A DNA stretch of 52,938 nt from an uncultured bacterium (GTDB taxonomy: Bacteria > Babelota > Babeliae > Babelales > RVW-14): assembly GCA_903825355.1 (NCBI GenBank), contig CAIKAH010000048.1:1-52938 (forward strand), read 5' to 3'. Shown piece after piece: positions 1-9,875 of the stretch (position 1 is the first letter of the stretch; the number at the start of each line of letters is the position of its first letter). Both the position numbers and the translations under genes were made by a program. The notes beneath the pieces are model-generated. The model did not search any database, was not told where the DNA came from, and was given only the letters and a program-made list of their open reading frames with translations.

Positions 1-3000
1 CTCTTGCCTCTCCCGCTGCTAGTAGCAGCTCCCAAGCTTGCAGCTTCACTACTGCGCATGATAGCAAGTTGGCGTGCGGTTGGTAATTCGCCATGCAAGC
101 TTGCAAGAGCAGCTTGTTGCTCAGGCGTTCTGAGTACCGTAATAAAATCACGTGTAGCTTGCGCGCCATATTTTTTGTAGCAGAATGGGATATTTCTGAA
201 TTGCTCTAATGATCGTGAAAGAGGTGCGGTGTGACCAGCAAGCTCGAGTGCGTGGAGTCTTCGTAAATTCTGAAGATGAACTTCTTCAGCTTGAAATAAT
301 GCATTCAATTCGGTGGTGAATCGTGTTACAGGTGCGTACAGTGTAGAGTTTGTTGCGGAAGCAACACTGCTAAGAGCGCTACCCGCAACATTCATGACAA
401 TCATATCGCCGATCATGGTGCCAACGATGTGGGCAATATCACGAGGTGTGAGCAGCTTGACTCGGTTATATACTTCTTGATGTCTTGCCGCCAGAGCTTC
501 CATTTCAAGCGCGGACATGCCTTCAACTGGTATTAAATTAAGTGTATCAACTAGGCTACATGCAAATTGATTAGCACATGCATGAATCTTTTCTGTGGCG
601 TTATTGAAGGCAACAGCAGCGCCGTAATGGTATGCATCGCCAATTACCGTTGAGACAGCACGGATTGGTCTAGAAATGCCGCCGATGATTGCTTCGCCCG
701 TTACTTCACAAATCTCAAGGCCAGCTTCAACGCGTGGACACGTAATACAAAATTCTCTGATTGCTTGGGCAAGGCTGCGGCTGTTTTCCGAAAGAGCCGC
801 AAATTGTGCTGCTTGATCGCCGCGACCAACAGCAGCTAGCTCAGTGCATATTGCTTGAGTACTTGATCCAAGATTGACGTACAGTTCTTGTGTGTGGCTA
901 AAATTATTTACCGACACATCGTGAGCAGTTGCAAAGTTGCGCGTTTGTTTTGCGTGTTCTTCCGCTGCTTGGTCAGCAGGTTCATCGTCATCTATGATAA
1001 TGCTTGGCACTTTTGCAGTGGCTGCAGCAGTTGATGGTTGTGGGCTACGCGGACGAACGCGTTTTAATTTTCCATCATCCTCTTCATCATCTGCAGCTGC
1101 CTCATCATCTGAATCAGGTGTCGTGCTGTCGGTAGCTCTTCTTTTTTGGCCATGGCTACTATGACTATGCCCGTGCCCCGGCGTAGCCTGCTCTGGTATT
1201 TGTGGCGGAATATGTGTGTATGCGGGGTCCGGCACGACGACAGGAACAATTACAATGGGTGGTGGCGGAGGGGTTGGAGTTGGTTGCGTTGTTGCTTGTG
1301 CAGGGGCTGGGACCGGGCGTGTAGCAGCAGGTACTGGTGCAGGAACAGGAGCTGCTTTTGGGATAGGGGCTGGTGCTGGCGCCGGAGCGGGAGGCGGTAG
1401 GGGGTGTGCTGCTTCATATGCCTTAATTAATGCAAGGGCATTTTTCAGTGCTTGCGAGTACATATAGGCTAGCGGTTTGGTGCCATGTAATTTGAAAGAA
1501 TTCGTAGCTTCGGACTTGCAAAATGTTGCAAAATAATCTTCACGCGCACAGTGCTCTTTGATAGCACTTATGGTGGCGGGAAGTACGGTAGCACCACAGG
1601 TTTTTTGAATAAAATCCATGGCAACAAATCCGGTATTTGATTGCGTTAGCACAAGGCTATTGATCCATTTTTCTTGAGATAAAATACTTTTTTTGATGGT
1701 GTTGTTTGTCAAGGCTGAGTGATATAAAAACTTTGAAAAAAGCCGTGTTGCTGTGTATAGATTTTCGTAAAAGCGCAAGTTCTGCGGCAGATGTTTCTTA
1801 AAGCGTTCAGCACGAGCTTTGTCGCTGCTACCTGCAAACAGTGATTCCCATGTGCCAAACGAATCATAAATAGTTTTGCAAAGAGATTGTAGCCAGTCAT
1901 TGAAAAACTCATTTGCTTGTGTCATATAAATGGCGGCAACAGAACTAACTTTAATATTTGTTTGCTGAGCAAGATTTGCATGCAAAAGAACAATCGAAGG
2001 GCTGTTTTTAGCATAGTCAAGTTGATCACAAGGCCACCGTTCTCCTGGTCCGTTTTCTTTTGCAGTATTGCAGGCATCATATATTTGCTTTTTGTTTCGT
2101 TCAAAAAAATCGGCACCAATTAGTTCTCCATCGTGGCATGTGAAGGCAGCCATCTCTGTTTGAAATTTTTTTGTTGCGCTAGGTGGAGGGACGCATGTTT
2201 TACGTGTTTCGGTAAAGGGCAAACTACAGAACTCTTTGGCTTTCTTTAAATCATCTCCTAGTTCCGTTTCATTTTGTTTTTCGTACTCTTGCCAGAAGGT
2301 TATGAAACGGTCTCGATTTGTTTGAGATGTTGTTTGATGACTAGGTGGGATGTTTGTTTTACAGTGGTTCCAGAAGTTATCTACTGCTTGTATTCGTTTT
2401 GCTTCAGCTTGTTTTGCAGCTTCTGCTGCTGCTTCTCGTTCTCGTTGTATTCGTTGGGCTTCTGCTTGTGCTGCTAGCTCTCGTTGTCTTACTATTGTGC
2501 AGTGCGCATTAAACTCGGCGGCTAGATTTGGATTGGCAGCAAGCAAATTTAGTTCTTCTTGATTCAGGTGCCCATACTGATGATTTGATTCCGGGCCCAT
2601 GTGTTGAGATCGAAAATTACGGATGGGTTCATATTTTTTATTGAAATCTTCGATGGCATCACGTACTTCTCTTGGTGGAACAATATTGTAGTGCCAACGA
2701 AGTCTACGTAAATCTTCTTGGGTTTGATATATTTCCTCTGCCTCTTCAGGGGTGACTCCATCAATGCCTTTTGCCATTAGAGGAATTGTTCGAGTTTGGT
2801 GTCTGCGGTCACAATATTCTGTGGTACTATAGAATGCTTCTTCCCATGGATCTTCGTCACTACTACTTTCATCGCTATTATCGTCATCATAATAGCTTTG
2901 AGGTCGCGGTACTGCTGCACGTCTACCTGTGCAGAATTGTCTTTCTTGTTCATTATGATCATCGTCATCGTCAAAAACAGGCGAAGAAGGCAGCTGCGGT

Positions 3001-4223
3001 GGTTGGCGTTGTGCATTGAAGGCAGGGCGAGGGCGGCGGTCTCCAGTATAATAATCAGGATGGCTGTACCACGGATCAGTAGCGGGGTCTCTAAAAGGCC
3101 TTCCCGATGAGGTGCTTGGTGCTGGTGTGGTAATAGGACGTGATGGCTGGCTTGGGATACTGGATTGAGCAACGGGTGGAATGTGTCTAGCCACAGAGGG
3201 GGGTGTATGCGCAGGGGGTAGCCCTGTCGCTGGTTTATCGGTTGTTGCTGAAGCACGAGCAGCAGCTTGCCGTTCTCGTTCTTTTGCTTGATCTTCAGCC
3301 CATTGCTCAGCGCTTGCTTGCGCTTTTTTATGCATAGCGGATGCTTTTTCTGCGGCTTCTGGTGCAGTTGGATTATCCATAGCCGTAGGGGGGTTTGGTA
3401 GTATTGGAGTTGCATTAGTGCCTACTTCTGGGGAGACCAAGATAGTTCTATTCTGTCTTTGGTGTTCTATGTCCACATCAATGTCAGAAGTACTTGGTGC
3501 ACGGCGAATTCTGGAAGATGGTGCTTCTTGAGAGGGAGAAGCTGGTGCACTAAGTACTTTATCTGCGTTCCCCAATCTTCTATCAAGTGCTGCTGGTGGT
3601 AAAGATACATCAGAATAATCAGTTGCTACAATGCCTGGGCTTTCCGTTGTCATGTCAGGGAAAGCAAGGCCAGGGCCAGCAAATTTTTCTTGTGGAATAG
3701 TTATGGGAGAGGAACTATTGCTTAAGCTTGATGCCTGAGCCTTGATTGGTGGTGTGTAACCAATTATTGCCTCAGGTTCTGGTTTGTCAAAATTAACTTT
3801 GATAGGATGCCCAAGGGCATCTGTAACGGAGCAGTTTGTAAGATTGACCACATGGCCCGTTAATGCCGATTTTGCTAAAGTTGGAGAAATATTTTCAGTT
3901 GGTAGTACCCAAAAATAAGCAGTTCCATTTGGTAATTTTGCAAACCCTTCATTTTTACAAACTAACGTTGTAGGAGGAAATTGTAAATGTCCACTAGGGT
4001 ACAATAATACACCACAAGGTAAAAGTGCTGGGCCTGTAAGAAAAACTCTGTTGTCTTTCATGCCTGCAGATACATGTGAAGGAAGTGCGCTACTAGAAAC
4101 ATTAGCCGTTGAGCTGCTTCCACTCCTCTTGGCTGTATATAAACGACCGTGCTCCGCACCCTGCAGACCAAGAACAACTAGTAATGGCATCAGTGCCAGC
4201 AGTATTTTTTTACCCCGAATCAT
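1..4223 (-). CDS. Very large secreted low-complexity protein, 3'-partial (at least 1407 codons, runs off the left edge); candidate effector/polymorphic toxin
   Basis: Manual translation: ATG at 4223 with GGAG just upstream; MIRGKKILLALMPLLVVLGLQG-AE signal peptide; no in-frame stop found down to position 1. Pro-rich, acidic and Ala/Gln/Glu coiled-coil tracts. Absent from the ORF track because its stop lies outside the window. Confidence 0.88.
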   Translation of the reverse strand, partial: MIRGKKILLALMPLLVVLGLQGAEHGRLYTAKRSGSSSTANVSSSALPSHVSAGMKDNRVFLTGPALLPCGVLLYPSGHLQFPPTTLVCKNEGFAKLPNGTAYFWVLPTENISPTLAKSALTGHVVNLTNCSVTDALGHPIKVNFDKPEPEAIIGYTPPIKAQASSLSNSSSPITIPQEKFAGPGLAFPDMTTESPGIVATDYSDVSLPPAALDRRLGNADKVLSAPASPSQEAPSSRIRRAPSTSDIDVDIEHQRQNRTILVSPEVGTNATPILPNPPTAMDNPTAPEAAEKASAMHKKAQASAEQWAEDQAKERERQAAARASATTDKPATGLPPAHTPPSVARHIPPVAQSSIPSQPSRPITTPAPSTSSGRPFRDPATDPWYSHPDYYTGDRRPRPAFNAQRQPPQLPSSPVFDDDDDHNEQERQFCTGRRAAVPRPQSYYDDDNSDESSSDEDPWEEAFYSTTEYCDRRHQTRTIPLMAKGIDGVTPEEAEEIYQTQEDLRRLRWHYNIVPPREVRDAIEDFNKKYEPIRNFRSQHMGPESNHQYGHLNQEELNLLAANPNLAAEFNAHCTIVRQRELAAQAEAQRIQREREAAAEAAKQAEAKRIQAVDNFWNHCKTNIPPSHQTTSQTNRDRFITFWQEYEKQNETELGDDLKKAKEFCSLPFTETRKTCVPPPSATKKFQTEMAAFTCHDGELIGADFFERNKKQIYDACNTAKENGPGERWPCDQLDYAKNSPSIVLLHANLAQQTNIKVSSVAAIYMTQANEFFNDWLQSLCKTIYDSFGTWESLFAGSSDKARAERFKKHLPQNLRFYENLYTATRLFSKFLYHSALTNNTIKKSILSQEKWINSLVLTQSNTGFVAMDFIQKTCGATVLPATISAIKEHCAREDYFATFCKSEATNSFKLHGTKPLAYMYSQALKNALALIKAYEAAHPLPPPAPAPAPAPIPKAAPVPAPVPAATRPVPAPAQATTQPTPTPPPPPIVIVPVVVPDPAYTHIPPQIPEQATPGHGHSHSSHGQKRRATDSTTPDSDDEAAADDEEDDGKLKRVRPRSPQPSTAAATAKVPSIIIDDDEPADQAAEEHAKQTRNFATAHDVSVNNFSHTQELYVNLGSSTQAICTELAAVGRGDQAAQFAALSENSRSLAQAIREFCITCPRVEAGLEICEVTGEAIIGGISRPIRAVSTVIGDAYHYGAAVAFNNATEKIHACANQFACSLVDTLNLIPVEGMSALEMEALAARHQEVYNRVKLLTPRDIAHIVGTMIGDMIVMNVAGSALSSVASATNSTLYAPVTRFTTELNALFQAEEVHLQNLRRLHALELAGHTAPLSRSLEQFRNIPFCYKKYGAQATRDFITVLRTPEQQAALASLHGELPTARQLAIMRSSEAASLGAATSSGRGK

Positions 4224-4423
4224 AAAGAACTCCATTTTTATGAACAAAATATACTAGGTTTATTATTTCATATTGAAAATTATTTAAAAGTTTTTATAAA
4301 AATATGCACAAATTGGACTTTTGTGCGTTCTCAGGTATAAAAGGGCGGGTAGTTGCTTTTCTGCTTTTGCCGGCATACACTCAGGAGCACACATTATTTC
4401 GCCTTATTGCTTGAAAGCTCTCC

Positions 4424-4966
4424 ATGTTTTTTAATAAACCACTACATCCTGTGCGTGTTCCGCACGCGCTTGTATTGATACTTGGCCTCTCATGGCTGTA
4501 CGCCGTCTGTTCGCAACTTACACTTTGGCTGCCATGCATGCCGGTGCCCGTTAGCCTGCAGCCGTTGCCGTTGTACTTGGCCACGTTCATGTTTGGGTGG
4601 CCAGCGGTGAGCGCGTATGTGCTTTATTTGGTACAGGGCGCGCTGGGGTTGCCATTCTTTGCAGCAATGCAGGGCGGCTTTATGCGGTTGCTTGGCCCAA
4701 CGGGTGGTTACTTGATTGGTTTTTTATGCGCGATGATGTTTATTGCCATAGTGCGTGAGCATGTAAAAAAACGATGGTACTGCTTGCTTGCAGCGGTATA
4801 TGTTGCAAACATACTGAGCTTTGGTGTTGGTTTATGGCGTCTTAGTTCTTTTGTTGCCGCATCAGAATTGCTTGCAACTGGGCTTTACCCTTTTTTATTG
4901 GGTGACATTGTGCTTAAGCCGCTCGTGCTGGTAAGCATTATGGGTATGTGGTTACGACGTAAGTAG
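4424..4966 (+). CDS. bioY: Biotin transporter BioY (ECF S-component)
   Basis: PVPVSLQ, YLVQGALGLPFFA, LLGPTGGYLIGF and GLYPFLLGD motifs; 180 aa, hydrophobic. Confidence 0.93.
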   Translation: MFFNKPLHPVRVPHALVLILGLSWLYAVCSQLTLWLPCMPVPVSLQPLPLYLATFMFGWPAVSAYVLYLVQGALGLPFFAAMQGGFMRLLGPTGGYLIGFLCAMMFIAIVREHVKKRWYCLLAAVYVANILSFGVGLWRLSSFVAASELLATGLYPFLLGDIVLKPLVLVSIMGMWLRRK

Positions 4967-4967
4967 C

Positions 4968-5019
4968 CCGCTCTTCCACCCCTGAAGGGGCGCCCATTCG
5001 ACAAGCTCAGGGGGAGCGG
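4968..5019. repeat. REP-like palindromic unit (copy 1) directly after the bioY stop
   Basis: ccgctc...cccc-tgaa-gggg...ttcgacaagctcagggggagcgg; same termini and core as the two units at 10755-10923. Confidence 0.75.
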
Positions 5020-5161
5020 GAAGAGCGCATCTTGCAACAAATAAATTGTGTAAAAACAAAAATCTGTAATTAAAAAAAAGCGAAGATTATCTAAGGGTTG
5101 CTTTCGTTGGCTGCTTTGTTATGTTTTCATATGAGCATATTTAGCAGCGAGGAGAGAAACT

Positions 5162-6304
5162 ATGAAGTCCCCTGTTGTTGTTGTTGTAGGTACTCGACCT
5201 GATGCAATAAAATTACTTCCCATTTATATGGCATTAAAGCAGCAGCAGCTGCCAACACTGTTGTGTGCAACCCACCAACATGCCCACATGCTTGATCAAG
5301 TTTTGCAACTGTTTAATACGCCCCCCGATACATCCCTTAACGTTATGGTGGCTGGGCAGTCGCTTTCTTATATTACTGCTGCTGTGCTGCAGCGTATTCA
5401 AACATTTTATGAAGATACTAAACCGTCCCTTGTGGTAGTGCAAGGCGATACAACAACATCACTTGCCGCTTCGATGGCGGCTTTTTATCAAGGTATTCCT
5501 GTTGCGCATATTGAAGCAGGGTTGCGTACGTATGATAAGCAATCTCCTTTTCCTGAAGAGATGAATCGTGTGGCTATTGGGCAGCTAGCACAGTATCATT
5601 TTGCACCAACGCCATTAAATGTAGCTGCATTATTGCATGAGGGCGTGCCATATACAAAGGTGCATTGTGTGGGTAACACGGTGGTTGATGCCTTACAACA
5701 TGTGCAGACATTATTACATACGCAGCAGGTACAGATTGCTCCAGCGTTGCAAGAGCTTCTTGATGATGCGGCAGCGCATAAGAAAAAAATAGTTCTTGTA
5801 ACTACTCACCGTCGCGAATCATTTGGTGCTGGGTTGCTAGCTATTATGCAGGCGGTGAAAATATTAGCGCTGCAATATACTGATCATCTTTTTATTGTAC
5901 CTATGCACCTTAATCCCGTAGTGCGTGATGCGATTGCTACTACACAGTTAATGACTACTCCTGGTATTGTTTGCGTTGAGCCGCTAGCCTATCATGAATT
6001 AGTCTCAGTGCTGGAGCGTGCAGCGTGGGTAATGACAGACTCTGGAGGTATTCAAGAAGAAGCGCTATGTCTTGGCAAGCACGTTGTGGTAATGCGTGAA
6101 AAAACAGAACGCGTAGAACTGCTTTGGGAGGGAAGGGGAGTGTTAAGTGGAACAACAGAAAAATCTATTCTAGCGGCCGTGCATAGGATTATGCAACGCT
6201 GTAATGATGATGATAATAAGTGTTATGTATACGGTGATGGACAAGCGTCCCGGCGCATTGCATCAATTTTAAAATTGGGTATGATGTCTGCGGCAGCACC
6301 ATAG
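5162..6304 (+). CDS. wecB: UDP-N-acetylglucosamine 2-epimerase (non-hydrolysing)
   Basis: GTRPDAIK, VQGDTTT, HIEAGLRT, PFPEEMNR, TTHRRES, TDSGGIQEEA and YGDG motifs. Confidence 0.96.
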   Translation: MKSPVVVVVGTRPDAIKLLPIYMALKQQQLPTLLCATHQHAHMLDQVLQLFNTPPDTSLNVMVAGQSLSYITAAVLQRIQTFYEDTKPSLVVVQGDTTTSLAASMAAFYQGIPVAHIEAGLRTYDKQSPFPEEMNRVAIGQLAQYHFAPTPLNVAALLHEGVPYTKVHCVGNTVVDALQHVQTLLHTQQVQIAPALQELLDDAAAHKKKIVLVTTHRRESFGAGLLAIMQAVKILALQYTDHLFIVPMHLNPVVRDAIATTQLMTTPGIVCVEPLAYHELVSVLERAAWVMTDSGGIQEEALCLGKHVVVMREKTERVELLWEGRGVLSGTTEKSILAAVHRIMQRCNDDDNKCYVYGDGQASRRIASILKLGMMSAAAP

Positions 6305-6330
6305 AATATTTTACTAGGAGAACAAACCAC

Positions 6331-7653
6331 ATGAAACGTATATCTGTTTTGGGACTTGGCTATATTGGTTTACCAACGGCTATTCTTGCTGCTCAAGCAG
6401 GATATGAAGTATGTGGTTATGATATTGATCAAGAAAAAGTTAGGCAGATCAATGCTGGCAATCCCGTTATTTTTGAACCAGAAATTAGCGACCGCTTATG
6501 GAAGGCTTTGCAGGGGGGCTTTTTTAAAGCAGCTCATGAATTGCAATATGCGGATTGTTTTGTGATCGCGGTACCGACCCCGTTTAAAGAGGGCAATCGT
6601 GCCGATTTAACCTATGTATTTCAAGCTGCTGAAGCTATAGCCAAACGTTTAATGCCCGGCAATTTGGTGATTCTTGAATCAACCGTACCTGTTGGCACTA
6701 CTGAACAAGTAGCACAGTGTCTTGCAAAGAACTCCGACCTTATTCTTGGTAAAGATTTCTTTGTTTCACATGCCCCTGAGCGCGTACTCCCAGGACGTAT
6801 TTTTAAAGAACTAGTTGAAAATGACCGTGTGGTTGGCGGAATCTGCCAACAAGCATGCCGTCTGACGCAACTATTCTATAGCAAATTTGTTAAAGGCTTT
6901 ATTCATGTGACGGATGATAAGTCTGCTGAAATGATTAAATTAATTGAAAATGCGAGCCGTGATGTGCAAATAGCACTTGCTAATCAAGTAGCGAGCATGT
7001 GTAAGGCTGCTAATCTTGATCCGTACCATGTGATTGAACTGGCAAACAAGCATCCACGGGTAAAACTGCTCACCCCCACCTGCGGCGTTGGAGGCCATTG
7101 TATTGCAGTTGACCCATGGTTCTTGATTGAGACCTTTCCTGCCGAAACGCAGCTCTTGCAAGTTGCGCGTGCTATTAATGATGAAAAGCCATTAACTATC
7201 ATTAAACAGGTGCTTGAGCGTGCTGCAGAGTTAAAACGAAACAGTATTGCACGTCCTAAAATATTTGTGATGGGGCTTGCTTTTAAGCCAGATGTAGATG
7301 ATGTGCGCCAGTCTCCCGCCTTGCATATAGCTAGTGTCCTACAGACGCATTCTGATGATCTAGAGCTTAAAGTATATGACCACAACGTACCGCTTAGTAT
7401 TTTACAAAAATATAATTTTGATGTTGCTTCTGATGTGTGGCGTGGTATTGCATGGGCAGACATGGTATTGGTGTTGGTAAAACATAAAGAATTTTCATTA
7501 ATGCACCAAGATGTATTTTGTGGCAAAGTGGTTATTGATACATGTGGGTTGTTGTATGAAATGCAGTCGCGCCAGTCACGAGCCATTCTTGAAGGTGCAG
7601 CGCGCGTTGATACGCCATTCTGGAAAACGGGTGTAATGAAAGACATAGCATGA
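6331..7653 (+). CDS. wecC: UDP-N-acetyl-D-mannosamine dehydrogenase / nucleotide-sugar dehydrogenase
   Basis: GLGYIGLPTA, IAVPTPF, LESTVPVGTT, PERVLPG, GVGGHCIAVDPWF and AFKPDVDDVRQSP motifs; follows wecB. Confidence 0.93.
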   Translation: MKRISVLGLGYIGLPTAILAAQAGYEVCGYDIDQEKVRQINAGNPVIFEPEISDRLWKALQGGFFKAAHELQYADCFVIAVPTPFKEGNRADLTYVFQAAEAIAKRLMPGNLVILESTVPVGTTEQVAQCLAKNSDLILGKDFFVSHAPERVLPGRIFKELVENDRVVGGICQQACRLTQLFYSKFVKGFIHVTDDKSAEMIKLIENASRDVQIALANQVASMCKAANLDPYHVIELANKHPRVKLLTPTCGVGGHCIAVDPWFLIETFPAETQLLQVARAINDEKPLTIIKQVLERAAELKRNSIARPKIFVMGLAFKPDVDDVRQSPALHIASVLQTHSDDLELKVYDHNVPLSILQKYNFDVASDVWRGIAWADMVLVLVKHKEFSLMHQDVFCGKVVIDTCGLLYEMQSRQSRAILEGAARVDTPFWKTGVMKDIA

Positions 7654-9821
7654 ACCAAGTGTTATTGCACCGTGGTCAAATTAAGGTGCACGAAGTAAGT
7701 GCGCCGTTGGTTGATGATCATTCGGTGCTAGTGCGTGTGCATTATTCGTATATTAGTACAGGAACCGAAGCAGCTACAGTTGCGGCCTCAACCGAGTCAT
7801 TGGTAAGAAAATTTTCAAATAATATGACCGGAAGCACCCATAAATTTATGGGTGCGGTAAAAGAGCATGGCCTAGCAAGTACATTTGCCCTGATGAATGA
7901 ACGACAGCATAAACATTTGCCGCTGGGGTATGCGTGCTCCGGCCAGGTAGTTGCTACCGGCACCCGTGTTGATGGTGTTTATCCAGGTGATTTTGTGGTG
8001 TGTGCTGGTGCTGGTTTTGCCAGTCACGCTGAAATGGTTGCGGTGCCACAACAGTTAGTGGTCGTAGTAAAAAAGCCTGCCATGCTTAAACAAGCAAGTA
8101 TCACTACGATTGGGGCTATTGCATTACAAGGTATACGCCGTGCACAGCTTGAGTTGGGACAATCAGTATGTGTTATAGGGCTGGGTCTTATTGGTCAAAT
8201 AACGGTACAGCTCGCAAAGCGTGCTGGTTGCACTGTGTATGCTATTGATCTACGTCAAGATCGGTTAGCATTGGCCAAACAAGGTGGCGCTGATGTGTGC
8301 CTTAACCCATTGACCGATGATATTGTCAAAGAAATAGAAATAAGAACAGCACACCATGGCGTTGACGCTTCAATTATTACCGCTGCGGCAAGTACTGGCA
8401 ACATTATTCAACAGGCAATGCAAACAACGCGCCGTAAAGGCAAGGTAGTGCTTGTTGGTGATGTGAAAATAGATTTTGATCGTGAGCCTTTTTATTCTAA
8501 AGAGATAGATCTTCTCATTTCATGCTCATATGGTCCTGGTCGTTATGATGCATCATATGAGCGTGAAAGCAAAGACTACCCCTATGCCTATGTGCGCTGG
8601 ACTGAACGCCGCAACATGGCATATATTTTGGAACTGATTGAGCAGGGCCTTTTACGTATCGATCCTCTCATTACAGGTGAGTATCCGTTGCATGATGCGG
8701 CTACCGGGTATTCCTTCTTGCAGAAGACGGGAGCCCTTGGCATTGTATTGCGCTACTCCCCAGAAATGACTGTTGAAGAAGCAATAAAAAAACCAATCGT
8801 TGTACCTTCCAGGGCATTTAAAGCAATCACTACTGGTGTGCGCTTGGCAGTAGTTGGCGTAGGTGGCTTTGCTAAAGTGCGCTTGTTACCCATGCTTAAA
8901 GGTATACCTAAATTAACGATTCATTCGATAGTTGATACTGATGCTGCTAATGCTATGACGGTTGCGCAGCAATATGGCGCGCTGCGCGTAGGGAACGATT
9001 TACGAAAAGTAGCTGCAGATGATGATGTAAACGCGGTGGTAATTGCTACGCCACACGCTCAGCATGTTGAGCAGGTAAAGTTATGCTTGCAAGCTGGCAA
9101 AGCAGTACTCGTAGAAAAGCCCTTGGCAGTAACCAATGAGCAGCTGCTGGATATGAAAATATTCTTGCAAGAGCGCCCGCAATCGTTTTTTATGGTTGAT
9201 TTTAATCGTTCCTGGGCTCCTTTTAATTTGGATATTAAAAAAGCGATTAACGGACGCACTAATGCGTTGATGATTAGCTACCGTATGAGTGGCAACTATT
9301 TACCTAAAGATCATTGGATTCAAAGTGAGCTGCATCGTGGACGTATTGTTGGTGAAGCATGCCACATCTTTGAACTGTTTTGCTTTTTGACTGATGCGCA
9401 GCCAGTATCGGTACACGTTGCTCCTTTGCGTCACCAGACCAGTGATTTGCCGATTACTGACAATATTTATGCAACAGTAACCTTTACCGATGGCTCTGTG
9501 TGTAGCTTGTTGTACACTGTTCTTGGTCACGGATCAGCAGGTAAAGAGTACATGGAAGTGTATGTTGATGGTAAAACGATTATTCTGGATGATTATTACA
9601 CGCTCAAGGGCTATGGCTTACCAGCAACATTTTCTAAAAAAGCTACCAGGCAAGATAAGGGCCACGAAGCCTTATTTGAGTCCTTTTTTAAAGCTGCTAC
9701 GGTGGAGCCGTTATCGTTACCCGTGTCTTATGAACGAGCATTGATGGCAACGGAGATTTCGCTTGTGGTTGATAAGCTTGCACGTCAGGGTGGGGGCTTT
9801 GAAGTTATGGAGCATTTATAA
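7650..9821 (+). CDS. Bi-domain oxidoreductase (MDR/zinc-binding dehydrogenase-like + Gfo/Idh/MocA), nucleotide-sugar biosynthesis
   Basis: ISTGTE, LPLGY, GLGLIGQ, SYGPGRYD...YVRWTE in the N-half; GVGGFA, IATPH, VEKPLA, GEACH in the C-half; ATGA overlap with wecC. Confidence 0.9.
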   Translation: MNQVLLHRGQIKVHEVSAPLVDDHSVLVRVHYSYISTGTEAATVAASTESLVRKFSNNMTGSTHKFMGAVKEHGLASTFALMNERQHKHLPLGYACSGQVVATGTRVDGVYPGDFVVCAGAGFASHAEMVAVPQQLVVVVKKPAMLKQASITTIGAIALQGIRRAQLELGQSVCVIGLGLIGQITVQLAKRAGCTVYAIDLRQDRLALAKQGGADVCLNPLTDDIVKEIEIRTAHHGVDASIITAAASTGNIIQQAMQTTRRKGKVVLVGDVKIDFDREPFYSKEIDLLISCSYGPGRYDASYERESKDYPYAYVRWTERRNMAYILELIEQGLLRIDPLITGEYPLHDAATGYSFLQKTGALGIVLRYSPEMTVEEAIKKPIVVPSRAFKAITTGVRLAVVGVGGFAKVRLLPMLKGIPKLTIHSIVDTDAANAMTVAQQYGALRVGNDLRKVAADDDVNAVVIATPHAQHVEQVKLCLQAGKAVLVEKPLAVTNEQLLDMKIFLQERPQSFFMVDFNRSWAPFNLDIKKAINGRTNALMISYRMSGNYLPKDHWIQSELHRGRIVGEACHIFELFCFLTDAQPVSVHVAPLRHQTSDLPITDNIYATVTFTDGSVCSLLYTVLGHGSAGKEYMEVYVDGKTIILDDYYTLKGYGLPATFSKKATRQDKGHEALFESFFKAATVEPLSLPVSYERALMATEISLVVDKLARQGGGFEVMEHL

Positions 9822-9823
9822 AA

Positions 9824-9864
9824 TAAAAAAAGAGCCGGAATAAAAAATTCCGGCTCTTTTTTTA
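9824..9864. terminator. Bidirectional intrinsic terminator
   Basis: taaaaaaagagccggaat / attccggctcttttttta inverted repeat with A/T tails between convergent genes. Confidence 0.9.
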
Positions 9865-9875
9865 GATAGCTTTTG

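Noticed and set aside
937-4257. Many short ORFs on both strands, including the 212-aa ORF 2777-3415
   Set aside because: All are shadow or alternative frames of the single long minus-strand ORF starting at 4223.
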